Assembly: GCF_001194135.2 (NCBI RefSeq)
Contig: NC_068981.1
Span: 177,413,493 to 177,477,492, forward strand
DNA: 64,000 nucleotides
Reading direction: 5' to 3'
From: Octopus bimaculoides
Taxonomy: Eukaryota
Part shown: one piece after another, positions 50,310 to 63,333 of the stretch
How the letters are laid out: every line of letters starts with the position of its first letter
Numbering within the stretch: the first letter of the stretch is position 1
Made by a program: the position numbers and the translations under genes
The notes under the pieces: model-generated
Told to the model about the DNA's origin: nothing
What the model saw: the letters and a program-made list of their open reading frames with translations, nothing else
The model's database searches: none

Positions 50310-51240
50310 ATTCTTCATTAAAATGAGTCAACAAGAGTCCAATAGGTTTGCTTAAGCAACCTGATTGGAGTTACTTATTGAATAGCAATTATAAATTTCA
50401 CTATGAATACTATTACCCTATAGTACTCTTACCTCATTATCAAAGAGATCTGTATCACCATTGCGCCATCAATTTTGTATTCTTAAAAAGCATCATGATT
50501 GCATCCATTGTTTCTTGCAGTATTCTATAGGTCCATAGTATTTGAGCCACTTTATCTTGATGCTGTGAATCAAACGCTTTTGAGTTCACAAAGAACAACA
50601 CTGCTTCTAAATTCTTTGCTTATTGAAGGAGTCTTCAATGATTCTTCTCACAGTCAATATCTGTCCAAATGTTGATCTGTTCTTTCTGAATCCATTCTGG
50701 TTTGGAAGATGAATGACTTAATTCCAAGTTGGATTCAATTACACAACATCACATGTTGGATTTGATTATGCAACATAGCATTGTAGATTTTTGGAAGTCT
50801 ACACTGCTTGACCAAATGTAAAGGGAATTCTTTTCATAGTAGAATCAGTTCTTCTTTATGGCTTATTAGTATGGTCACTACAAAAAATTGTAGAAAGCAA
50901 TTTTTATGGGAACAGCATGCACATATATGTTGCATACTGTTCTCAACAAATCATGGAAACACCATCCAACAAAAGAAGAACTTTATGGAAATAGCCCCAA
51001 TATATTATCAATCATTTGAGAGAGGAGGACAAAATATGTTGGTAATTGCTATCAAAGCTAAGAGGAATCAGTAAATGAGCTCCTTTAATGGATCTCCAAT
51101 CATGGGAATTTTCATGTCAGACAACCCAGAATGACATACATTGATCAACTCTCTAAAGATGTTGAGTTACAAATAGAACACAAAAATGTCATGGAAGACA
51201 GGAACACTTGGAGAGAAAGGGAATGGTTTTGGTCCTGGTA
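50310..51240. mobile_element. Degenerate RTE LINE with inverted 5' half
   Basis: The - strand (50760 to 50310) reads PNQNGFRKNRSTFGQILTVRRIIE..SKAFDS..AIMMLFKNTK. The + strand (50770-51240) reads ESVLLYG..SWKHHPTKEELYG..PRMTYIDQL..MEDRNTWRER. Confidence 0.8.
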
Positions 51241-54059
51241 ACTCACCCGAAACAATAGATAGTAAAATACTATTATTTTTTTATTACCTTGTAATATGGC
51301 AGCTCTCCAAAGCCATTCATTCGATGAGCTTTCTCACTCCCCATTCTAAAATATAACTTAAGAATTATTAGAAGTGTTCTCAATTATGAGGTCCAAATTC
51401 AAATTAATATCAATCCCTCATACAAGAGCAGTAGTATAATTTACACTATTCTAGAAACTACATATATTTTTGTTAAACTAATGTTATGGAATAATACAGT
51501 AAAAAAAAAAGTGCTTGTTATGCCAGCACAAAATAGCTTTCAAACTAGATTCTACCCTAGATCTACTGAATACGGTCCACCACCCAGATTTACATTGAAT
51601 ACTCAGCAAATGATACTTAATCATACATTCATTCATTTCAATATTTGTACTTTGTATGATAAACAACACTGCCTCTGTCAGCTGCATTCTACAGGCTTCT
51701 TTATATGTATTTTTCATTCATGCTTTCTTCAGTATTCTTCAGTGAGTGAACAAAACACAAGTCTAGCTGAGAACATTTTATGGCATTATGAATTCTTACC
51801 AAAAAAAAAAAAGAGAGAGAGAGAGAGAAAAACACAGTCCAATGACTGAAACAAGTAAAAGATAAAGATAACCTTAATTTAATAAATGCACTACTGAAAA
51901 GAATAGTAAACATGCTGATTGTTTTTCCCAAAACTTGATGGATTTCTTATATTGCTATGTCATCAATGGAAATGGCTTCTATCATTTACATACATTTCTT
52001 GTGCATCTTTATAGGATAACTCTTACTTATGGCAACTGGCAAAGAGTTTATTGTATCATAATCCAAATATCAAGCACAAATGTGAACAAAATGTTAAAAA
52101 CAATTAAACATTACTCCCTTTATGAAAGGTCATAAAAGTGTTCATGTATTTATCATCTATATTCTTTTTACTTTATCGTTAAGTCATTTTAGGTCTAGTT
52201 CAGACAACCTTTAATCAGAAGTGTCAAAGACACAAAAGAAGAGCGATAGCAAGAGAAATCTTCACATTATTTGATAAAGAATTGATAATTCTTTTTATAA
52301 ATATAAAGTAACAAGTCACATTATTACATCTAACTAAATCATATATAAAATCATTTACATTTCAGTAAATTACTACTACTCATGGTCCCTACTAGTGCCA
52401 ATAGTTCACAAGCATTTTAAAGCACAGTGGAACAGAGAAGTGCACACCAATAAATAACTGGAAAGGTCAATAGGTTCAACAAGGCAATCCTTCATCAAAT
52501 TAACAGACTTCACTAGATTTTTCCATTGCTTTATCTATTGATAAAAAAACCAATAAACAATCAATACATTGATTGACTGCAAAACATTTACAAATTCTCC
52601 ATGACTTCAATCAAACAAATGTTGATATTAGCTAGCTTGTCAATAATCTATAAAAAGTAAAAATAAAAAAAATTAAAATTAGAAAAGGTAGAAGAGTGAT
52701 GATCTCTCAACAACATTGTTGTACATAGTTATTGCATTTATCACAATCACATAAGATTAAAAGTTAAAAGTGAACCCTTTCTATTCATGCTAATACTATT
52801 GACATTGCCACAATCAGTTTTGAAATGCCTTGCAGTCCCACCTGCTAATCACTTAAACATCGATTCCTAACAGATCAATGGAGTTAAAAGCAAATGAGCA
52901 TTTGGGAAAATTTATATGAATATCATTTGAGCTCAGTAACTATTTCAGGCTAGACATGTAGTAGAGTAAAACTCAACTTATTAAAAAATTTTTGTAAGAC
53001 ATAATCAACAAACACATACACAAAATTTGATAAAATCAATCATATCCCATTAGACGTAAATGCTTTTTTTTTTTTAAAATATACTACTACTTAATGATTT
53101 ATTAAAAAGAAAGAAATTAGGTTATGAGTCCAATCCTCTCTCCAACATGTGTTTTTATGGAATATAATGACAATCAAAAAGTATAACATAACAAAAAGAA
53201 GTCATGTTTGTAGTCCAACTCGGAGCATAAATTCGTCATTTTCATATTTTCTAAATTTGAAAATATTTAACTCAGGATCAATGTAGATTAGATTGAGCCA
53301 ACAACAATGAATACTATTAGAGATAACACTAATAGATTATTTTCTGTGACTGAGATCCATAGACATATAGGATAGAATGTGCTAAATTTTTTTCTCTTTT
53401 TTTTCCCTCTCTTCACTTTTACTCTTCACTATGGTTACAGGAGGCCACTCATCAATGTTGCACACTTGTTTAAAACAGTAATCTTGTAATAGTTTGCCAT
53501 TCACCTGACCCACGACCACTACCACCACCATGTCTACAGCAGTTAGATTGGTTTTTACATGAGCAACAGCAGTCAATTTCTAAATATTTCTTTCCAAATA
53601 TTTCATCTACAATACTACGGTTCCATGCACACATACAACCCTCCCTTTATCTCCTCTCTCTCTTATCTGGTATTTTCTTTCTTTTATACTACTTTCTATA
53701 GTTCTCTTTCCACTATAATCTGCATCAGTAACAGTATCATAAATATTTAATACATGTTTTCTTTTCCTTCTGCAAGTACACATTGAACAGGTGTGTGTAT
53801 ATGCAACTTTCTAATTGGTCCTGCTATGACTAAATATTTTATTAATCTAAACTCTACATGGTCTGTTCAAACTTCCAGCCTCAAATCAGACAACAATTTC
53901 TCAACACCTTTTCTAATAGTTCTCACAAGGGATTCACAATGTATGTGTATACCATCTGATGTTTTTGAATTTTTAAAAAAATTTTGGCCATGTAAAAACA
54001 AACAGTGACTTTCAGTTAACAAAAATCTTGACTTAAACCGCTAAATTGTAGAAAATATG

Positions 54060-54352
54060 AGAGATAGTGCCTCTGGACTGGCTCTTGTGCGGGTGGCACA
54101 TAAAATACACCATTTTGAGCATGGCCGTTGCCAGTACCGCCTGACTGGCCTTCGTGCGGGTGACACGTAAAAGCACCCACTACACTCTCTGAGTGGTTGG
54201 CGTTAGGAAGGGCATCCAGCTGTAGAAACTCTGCCAAATCAGATTGGAGCCTGGTGTTGCCATCCGGTTTCACCAGTCCTCAGTCAAATCGTCCAACCCA
54301 TGCTAGCATGGAAAGCGGACGTTAAACGATGATGATGATGATGATGATGATG
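54060..54352 (+). mobile_element. Young family C retroposon
   Basis: ctggactggctcttgtgcgggtggcac..cggacgttaaac(gat)n; CpGs intact. Confidence 0.92.
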
Positions 54353-56629
54353 AAAGCAAAACAAAATACGTGCTGTTTTGCCGAAAGTATTTTGTTACGT
54401 GTGAGCAACTTTTGCTCAATTAAAGCATGAACAAAATAAAGTGAAAAATAATAAGAAATACATTCTTCTACATAACAAATTGGCAGTGTCATTACAGTAT
54501 TAGACAGAATGCTTCATGGTATTTCTTCTGGTTCTCTACACTCTGAATTCAATTCCAACCATGGTCAACTCTCATCCTTTTGAGGTTAATAAAAAAATTA
54601 CCAATCCAAGGCAGTGCATTAGTAGAACTGTAAGAACATTGGACTAGATACTTTGTGGCACTTTTCCAGCTCTTTGCATTCTGAGTTCAAATCCCACTAT
54701 TACTTGAGTAGACTAAGCCCATTACCCAGTTTAGTACTACCACCTAACACCTAGGGTGCCTTTAGCTGAGTTCACTTTGTTGTGAACATTCAGAGTATAC
54801 CTTTGTCCCATTAGTCTCAGAGGCCATGTAACAGATCATGGACACTGGCTTCTCCACTAACAAAAACATTTTAAAAATACAATAATTAACTGATATTTTA
54901 AAATTTAATTAATTTTTCTAACTCATACTCTTACACTTCACTAACAAATCTACTCCCTTCAGTGATTCTTTTTAACTACAATCCATTTCTTGATGCCTCT
55001 GTTTTTCTCTACTTACATTGATCATTTGATTTTAGATAGCTCATGGATGACTAGAGATACTGGTCTATTATTATCATCAACAGCAGCACTATCTTATATA
55101 TATTCTATATATTTTATATCCTACAAGCCCTCTTTCTTCCATGACCATTAAAGTTAGTATTTCAAAGAAGACTGAGGTTTTGTTTTATATTATCATCATT
55201 GGTTTTATATCCATTTTCTCATTCTGGCAAGGTTTGTATCACCACTCTCTAATTGTCTCTGTCCTTTGTATGCTTTCTACATAGTAATAAATGTTTTGAA
55301 CAGTTTCCTTTGATGTTTCCTCTTCAAAGATTGCGTGTTTATTATCTCTTTTTGTTGTAAAATCTACAGTGAACATTTAGTTCTTCTGATATTTCATTCA
55401 CTTGATAACTACAAAATTGCTATTTCAAATTCTAGGGTTTCTATTCAATGGATTCAACCATTACTTATGGACTACAGACATATCCAGTGTAAAATTACGA
55501 AGGAGAGATTTTCAAAGAAGCATGGATCTCTTTTCTATACATTCCATCAAGAGCATCTAAATTATATACATCCAGAGAAATATAATTCTTGCATGATAAG
55601 CAATTAAAGCTGACCAATGGACATGTAGAACTCTTCTTCATTTGCTATAATAGGCAGTAGTTGCTCAGAAAATGACACAGCAAAACAATTTAATATTCAA
55701 TGGACAAATAGTGTTGATAGTATTCCAAACTCCATTCCTAAAGTGTTTCATAAACTGATATCAATAAATTTATTTCCAGTGGTTATGCAAAATACAAGTA
55801 AAATTCTACTCAAAAGGAGACATTGCTTCTATCTTATAACCATAACAGTTTATTAATTCTAAAATGTTCTTGTTGCCTAAGTCTTATTCCAACAAAATGT
55901 ATCTAAAACTACACCATCCAATGTACACAGGATAAAACTGAGATATTTTACTGCAAATTACAGCAGTATAAGGATCCTTCACTGGTTGCAGTGATGATAT
56001 CAGTTCAAAAATCCAGGTTCGAAAGATTTGCTTACCAGTTACATACAATTTAATTTTTTTGATTAGCATGCTAGATTTAATAAGCTTTTATGACTTAACT
56101 CTGCTATTAGTGCATATTTTCTTCATGCCTGAGGATACCTACACAGAAGTGTAACCTACCAAACTATCGATCAATTATTCATTCCAATGGCCAATCATGA
56201 TGTAACAGGTAAAATTATACTCCAGTCAATTGAGAAGATTTGTCAATCCCAGCAACTTTGGATCTATAATATATAATTATCACATCTTTTCTTCTAATTT
56301 CTGTGATTATATAATATATAAACTCAATGCTAAGATATTGTGTATTGAAACTTATTCAAATCTTATTTATTCTAAATTTGATTTAAAAATTCTTTTTTCT
56401 TCAGTGAAAGTCTTGATCAACATGTCAATATTTGCATGGCTTTCCATTTTAATGATTATTCATGACCCTTTCTAATATACACAAGGGGATAATGCCATCT
56501 GATAAGGAAGAATTATCTAACATCAATCTTATATATATTTTTGTATTTCTTCTTTTTCAGTACACATTACTAACAATCTTTATCATTAGAAAGTGTGATG
56601 CATAGTAAAAGATATGATAGAACAAGAAT

Positions 56630-56935
56630 GTGAAGGCATGCAGCTTAGTGATTAATGTATTTGGCTCAAGGTCATGAGTTCAATTCCCAACAGTATGTTG
56701 TGTCCTTGAGCAAGACATTTTATTTCATATTGCTCCAGTTCATTCAATTGGCAAAAATGAGTTTGTACCTGCAATTCAATGGGGCCTCAGTGTATCATGC
56801 TGAATCTCCCTGAGAACTATGTTAAAGGTATGTGTCTCTGTGGAATGCACACATTACTTTCATTAATCAAATCAACTGGAACACTCATCATCATAACCAA
56901 CGGAATGCCCAGCCAGCAGGGTGAGAATAATGCAA
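56630..56935 (+). mobile_element. tRNA-derived SINE (another family)
   Basis: ggcatgcagcttagtgattaatgtatttggctc..gagttcaattccc..gtgtccttgagcaagacattttatttc (CORE-like body). Confidence 0.7.
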
Positions 56936-57108
56936 TGATCCTTTGGAACGCTGAATCAAGAATCAAGATTTACAATTTGCTGAAAATAAAAGGAATTATC
57001 TTTGATACTTATGAAAAGAAAATTTCCAGAGATGTTATTATCTTGTCAGCATAAAGGACATCTTAAAGGTTTTACATGGTCTGAAGCTCTAAATTTGCCG
57101 TGTAACTG

Positions 57109-57260
57109 TTAATTTAACTGCAAGATGCGTAGATCATCATTCAAATCTCTAAATATATGTAAAGGGTCAAATCCAAATGACTGAAACATTCTATTAAAAG
57201 GTTCAGGATCTCTTGCAGAGCGTTGCAAAATAAGACAGAACAAATGCCTTTGATTTACCT
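57109..57260 (-). CDS. Candidate isolated (terminal) exon, product unknown
   Basis: Long T-tract acceptor ..tttttttgttactag| followed by a phase-1 open frame (E)VNQRHLFCLILQRSARDPEPFNRMFQSFGFDPLHIFRDLNDDLRILQLN*. No homolog recognised. Confidence 0.2.
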
Positions 57261-57659
57261 CTAGTAACAAAAAAAAAAACAAAAACAATAATATTTTTGC
57301 AGAGTTTTCCTTGAATCTCAGAATGAGAAATTCATTGTATGCCAACAATGTTAAAGTGAAGAAATTCTTTAACAAACATGACTGCTGCTTTTGCCATCAC
57401 AGCCACCATATTGACAACAATGATCTCATACTTTATGTTATGTCTTTGTGTTGACTCAATAATAAGTCAGTTTTTCTTGAGCTTTGTTGGATGTGATGGT
57501 AGGCAACCGAGCTGGACTTTTCCTTTGCACCAACACAGAGACAACTCCCCATCCCACAATACATCACAACAACAGTTAACACCAGTAATACCACTGTTGT
57601 GTAATCTGCTTTTTAATAAATGGTTATAATTTAAGTGGGCTGCAACATGTTTTCAAGAA

Positions 57660-58800
57660 ATTGTGGAAGTATGGTCAAGCGGTATATGCTTGCTTTATAC
57701 ACTTTAAAAAGGCATATAATGCACAAGATGAGACTTGTTGTGGATGGTTCTGTATGAGTATGGGATTGATGGACAAATTCTTGTTGCCTTGAAGTCGCTA
57801 TATGAATACCCTAGTATTTGTGTTCAGATTAATGGTGCTAAGTTGAAACCATTTAATCTCGATGCTGGACTCTGCCAAAGGTGTATACTGTTACTTCTCT
57901 TATTCATAATCCTTACGGGCAGGGTTGACATGTGCAACCGAGTTGGAAGTGGTAATGAGACTGATGAGTGTAGGATCAGTCAGCTGGAATTTGCAGATGA
58001 TATGATACTACTCAACTTGTCAGAAGGTGATCTTCAACATGCACTTGACAGGTTTGCTGCCAAGTGCTGCACAGCAGGAACGAAAATCAGTTCAGCAAAG
58101 ACCAAGACACTTGTCTTTTCAAGGAAGACTGTACAATGCACTCTACATGTCAGTAGAGTCCACTGAAGCAGGTGGAAAAGTTCAAGTACTGCAGGGCCAT
58201 TTTTATGAGTGATGGAAGGCAAGAGGCTAAATTAAATGCAAGAAATGCAGGAGCTGGTGCAGTAATATGCCAGTTTCAACATTCAGTTATCAAAAAAAGA
58301 GAGGTAAGTGTAAAAGCCAAACTCGCTATTTTCAATTCAGTGTTTGTGCCTACTCTTACCTATGGTCATGGATTTTGGGTATTGACCAAAATAATGTGAT
58401 CATGAATACAAGTGGCTGAGATGGGGTTCCTCCGAAGGGTCTTTGGAGTAACATTACTTAATAGAGTGTGGAGCTCAGAGATCAGAGAGGTACTCCAGGT
58501 AGATCCCCTACCTCTCCAAACAGAGATCACAACTCCAATACAATGGTCATGTGGTAAGAATGTCTCAGGATAATATCACTGGACAGGTTTTACAGGCAAA
58601 ACCAATAATTGCCAGTAGATCCAGGGGTAAACCACAAACAAGACGACTGAATAACATCCATGAGCTCAGTTGGTCTTGCTTGGGGACCCAGCTGGATCAA
58701 TTAGAGATGGCTGCTTCTGACAGGACCCAATGGGAGGCATGCTTGAGGACTCTATACACACAACTCCCAGGAATAACTGGGCAAAAGAAGAGGAGATGAA
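57660..58800 (+). mobile_element. 5'-truncated RTE-type LINE (RT to 3' end)
   Basis: ORFs 57735-58166 (..GLCQRCILLLLLF..LEFADDMILL), 58172-58399 (KFKYC..FVPTLTYGH) and 58551-58799 (RSRGKPQTR..DRTQW). Confidence 0.9.
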
Positions 58801-59309
58801 CTCTGTGTTATGTACTCTTGCAAGTGTTTTACAATTTTTGCTTTCACATTAAAGCATAAATCAAAATATTCTATATTGATATATTTCATCCAATAATGGT
58901 CTTGTAACTTTTTGTACTACATTTAATTAATTTATTAGTGCAGGCTTTCTATAATCTTTTCCTAAACATTATCTTTGCCTTGATAGCAGCTTATATGGTA
59001 CTTTAAAATTAACTCATTCAGAATTATGTACTTAGCAAAGGGAATAACCATGGATACTCCTCTGCATCCTGATGCTTTCAGCATTTCAGCTACTATGTTT
59101 GATCAAGATTTGCAGCAGTTGACATAAGTTTTTGTTAATTATTTTGCTCACCATCTCTTATATAATCACTACAACTACTTTTTTATTTGGTACCACTGGA
59201 AGTTGGCTCACTTGAATTATTTCAAATCTTACAATTACTTCTGATGAATATTTAAACAATCATATTCAGATTCTCAAATAAAATTTATTCATAATAGTCG
59301 AATTTAAAT

Positions 59310-59465
59310 AATAAATGTGGCTGTGTCTTAAAAAGCTTGCTTCCCAACCACATGGTTCCAGGTTTAGTCCCACTGCGTGACACTTTGGGCAAGTTTCTTC
59401 TACTATACCCCGAGGCTAACCAAAGCCTTGTGAGTGGATTTGGTAGATGGAAACTGAAAGAAGCC

Positions 59466-59552
<87 letters not shown>

Positions 59553-59745
59553 CCCCCCCACTAGTACTTGACAGCTGGTGCTGGTGTGTTTATGTCCCTT
59601 AACTTTGCAGTTTGGCAAAAAGAGACCAATAGAATAAGTATCAGGCTTTAAAAAACAAGTACTGGGGTCAATACATTCGACTAGAAATTCTTCAAGGTAG
59701 TGCCCCAGCATGGCCATAGTCTAATGAGTGAAACAAGAAAAAAGA
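59310..59745 (+). mobile_element. Family A SINE with long (TG)n and C-run
   Basis: gtggctgtgtcttaaaaagcttgcttcccaaccacatggttccagg..; (TG)n at about 59470-59549; tail gaaacaagaaaaaagaaaaga. Confidence 0.9.
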
Positions 59746-62700
59746 AAAGAGTAAACTTGTAATTATTGATGTTTTTCTTTAAACACTTCTCTAGAGTTAC
59801 TGAATGATTTTCTGTTGGTTACCACAATCAAAACCATCATCACCATCATTTTCATCTCCCTGCAACCTACGTCTATGGTAACTTTTTACAGTGATGGTCT
59901 GAATGAGAATTTTTACTAATTTCTTGGTTTTTGAAATACATATTTACTAGCAGTTCCCATATACATTCATACAAGTTCCTGGGGATATCAGAAAATATGG
60001 CTTACAAAAACTGAGAAGACAGACAGCCTTCCATCTTCCTCAGTGCTATTACCAACATTACTATCAAGGGCCATGTATAAATAGCAGCCAAATTCCTTTC
60101 AAATTTCACCCAACTATCTTAAAAAAAAAAGAAGGACATTTTGCATAATGGAGTCTTTAATAGATTATCTGAAAATAAAATAGGATGAAATGCTTTGATC
60201 ATAGGCCTTGCTTCATTGGAGCTGATCAATACCATCATGATCATTGTTGTCATCTAATAATAGTACAGAATTAATTTTTTGAGATAATTTTTGGTACACT
60301 GGTTGTTACTGATACTGAAATATTTTAGCAAATCTATCACACTTATAATAAATATAGATATAGTATATTTGCTTTGGTTAACACTGATGTTATTGCTGTT
60401 TATGCCTTTCAAATTCTTGCTATCATGTTTACTGCTTGAAAAGAACATGCATTTTTATCCAAATTAATAAAAGAAAAAAGAGAAGTGTTATTTTTAAAAA
60501 CCCACAATATGAAAATGTAAGATCAATGATATTGATTTGCCTAGGAGGTGGGCTATATAAGCCAAATATAGGTTAATTATGGAAGTGTGTCAATAACTAC
60601 CAATCAACATAGGAAATACTGTTAGGTGTCAGTTAATAATTGAATAACTATATTTGCTACCATGAAAAAAATTTACTCCATCAATAAAAAAATTTTTTAA
60701 AGTACAAAAGATACTGCTATATGTCACCTTCATCTGAAAGTAAATTACTTGGTGATGCTGTATTTCAAAATAAGTACAAACAATTGGTGCATTGTCCACT
60801 TGTAATAAAGATTCAAAAGTGATAGGAACATAGCTTTATGATTGGTTGGTTAGTTTCAGTCTGGTCTGTAAATATGTAATTTATTAGCTATAACTTTTAG
60901 CAAGTGTTGCAATTGGTCAAGTCAACAGCTGAAAGAACAGTAGTTCTGTATTCAGTTATTGGTGTTGCATTGTGTCCTTGGCACAGTCAATTCTCAATGG
61001 TCCAGCCTACTTAAATGTAAATAATTATCATATGTACAGTTCTCTGCACTTAACAATGTAGGGGGCAGCTGCATAAAACCGACAACAGCTTCTGCATTGA
61101 ACTACGAAGCCTAGTAAGGGTTATTAGTTATATTAGCAGAGACACTGCCAAGAGGGCAGAGTTCTAGTCATTATGGTTAGGATATACATCATAAAGAATG
61201 ACAGTTGTAAAAATATATGAATCTAATCTAAATTATGGAGTTCTATGTCAGATGATGTTTATTTGCTGTATAACATGCATCCATACATGTTAAACATTTT
61301 CTCAGCATTACAATATAAATTTTTGTGCAAAGTAAACTTTGGTATTGTCATGTAGTCCCAGATCAGCAGTAGTAGTAAGCATTCTAGTCATAACAATTCT
61401 GTTGTTTGAATATCAGGATCTACACTGTTCAATAGAGCCTTTATTTAAGGATATGATTTGTAAGAGATTTGGATGCTATTTTCACTAGGTTGATAGACCA
61501 TGTGTCTACTACCTGTTTAACAAAATTGTAAATAAACCATATTTCTCACTCTCACTTCCTTTTTCTACCTCTCCTTCACTCCTCTATTATTTACGTAAAT
61601 ATTTAGATTTTAAACAAATCTAAAACATATAAAAGAAAGCTGTAAAACTGTATTAAAACAAACAAGCATATTATATTTTTTAACTAGTGTACATATACCA
61701 TCAATAACAATGTCAAATATGTTCATCTTAAGTAAATGTATTGAAAATCCTTACAAAAGAAACCGAAAATATATACGATTTATTAATGGTTGTTGTAAAT
61801 GTCAGACTAACAGAACATTGACATCTATTAAAAGTAAAAGGAAGATTGATATCACTGTATGTTAAATTTAACTGTGAGATTAATACCTCCTCTCATTTCT
61901 TACTACTTGTCAATAACTGTCAACATTCAAGGTACCCACTATGCACAAATATATGCACAAAAGCAGTCTGTACAAATGCATGCACAGCTCATAATACACA
62001 CACACACACAGAGTCACACAACTTACAAGTAACAGGACTGCAAATCTGACATACAAATCAGCCAACAGTTTCCACCTACCCAATTTCACATACAAAGCTA
62101 AAAAAACCTGATTGTGATTGTAGAGTGAACTTCTGAACTAGTCAACCCTATTGCATCTACTTAAAAACATATAAACACACATAAGAACATGCACACACAT
62201 CAAAAATTAGCAAAGATTATGTAATATCATAGTATACATAAAAAATTATGAAAATTATATGTGATGATGCATTATCAATTGAATAGGTTTGTTTATAAAT
62301 AACTCTTTATACATATATGGAAATGTGTCTAATGAATAAATCTTCTGGCAAGTTGAAATATTTTTCAGGAAAATAAAGACATTCAAAATTTCTATGTTCA
62401 TTAGTTGCATACAAACAGGATTAGTTGTTGTACAATATGAAAAACTAACCACAATAATTTCATTGTTGCATTGTGTGTGTAGGGGATAAGTATGTGTTTG
62501 TGTACATGCATATATGTTTTTGATAGAAATGTTGCGTGTACATACATACACACTCTCTCTCACACACACATACATGTATGTTTATGAGAGAGTGCATGTG
62601 TAAGAAAGTGTATGTGCCAATGTTTATAAATTCCATCCAAATCCATGGTTGCATGAAAAAATAGATGTTAAATGTTCAAACACACATATATAGACATACA

Positions 62701-62759
62701 CACATATACTTCATGTGTGTGTGTGTGTGCGTGTATACTTACATACACAACAAATGAGA

Positions 62760-63300
62760 TGAAAGTGCTCAAATGATCATGGAAGAGGCAGGTGGCACAA
62801 CTACAGCCATCTAAATAGTGATGAAATAGTTCTAAGGTAAGTCTGGTAAATTGTGAGATTTGGGCCTTGGCATAGACAATGAGCAGGTTGTCAAAGTTGG
62901 GACATATTTTCATTTCAATTGTAATCCCAGATACCTATTGGTAGACTTCACCAGCAAAAGAGAAGTAGCTTAGGGTGCACATTCTGGGTTGGGGGATGTT
63001 ACAATTGAGTAAGTATTGGACAACCAGGAGACTGTCATTGTGGGAGTGAAAGTATAGAGATTTAATGTCCATGGTTAAGAAGTGAGAAGAATTAGAAAGG
63101 AAAAAATAGTTGAAAAGTCAAAACATATGGTCAAAGTCATGAAAGGGAAACAGGAGGGAAGTAACTAAAGGTAAAAGAATGAGGTTGAGGCACTTAGACA
63201 TCAGTTCAGTTAAGGAGTTACAGCTGGAGACTATGTAGTAACCAGAGCCATGGAAGAAATAAACAGTTGAAAGTGACTCTACTCTACAGAGGTCATAACA
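62760..63300 (-). mobile_element. Degenerate Penelope-like RT fragment
   Basis: The reverse strand reads MDIKSLYT (PLE RT 'MDV.SLYTNI' motif) and continues into decayed GTAMG/YANL-type and IDD regions. Confidence 0.7.
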
Positions 63301-63333
63301 TTGTAGCCTTGCTGTTGTCAGCCAGTTTTGACA

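Noticed and set aside
51481-51849. 122-aa plus-strand ORF
   Set aside because: It spans A-runs, a GA repeat and a SINE tail, with no recognisable domain.
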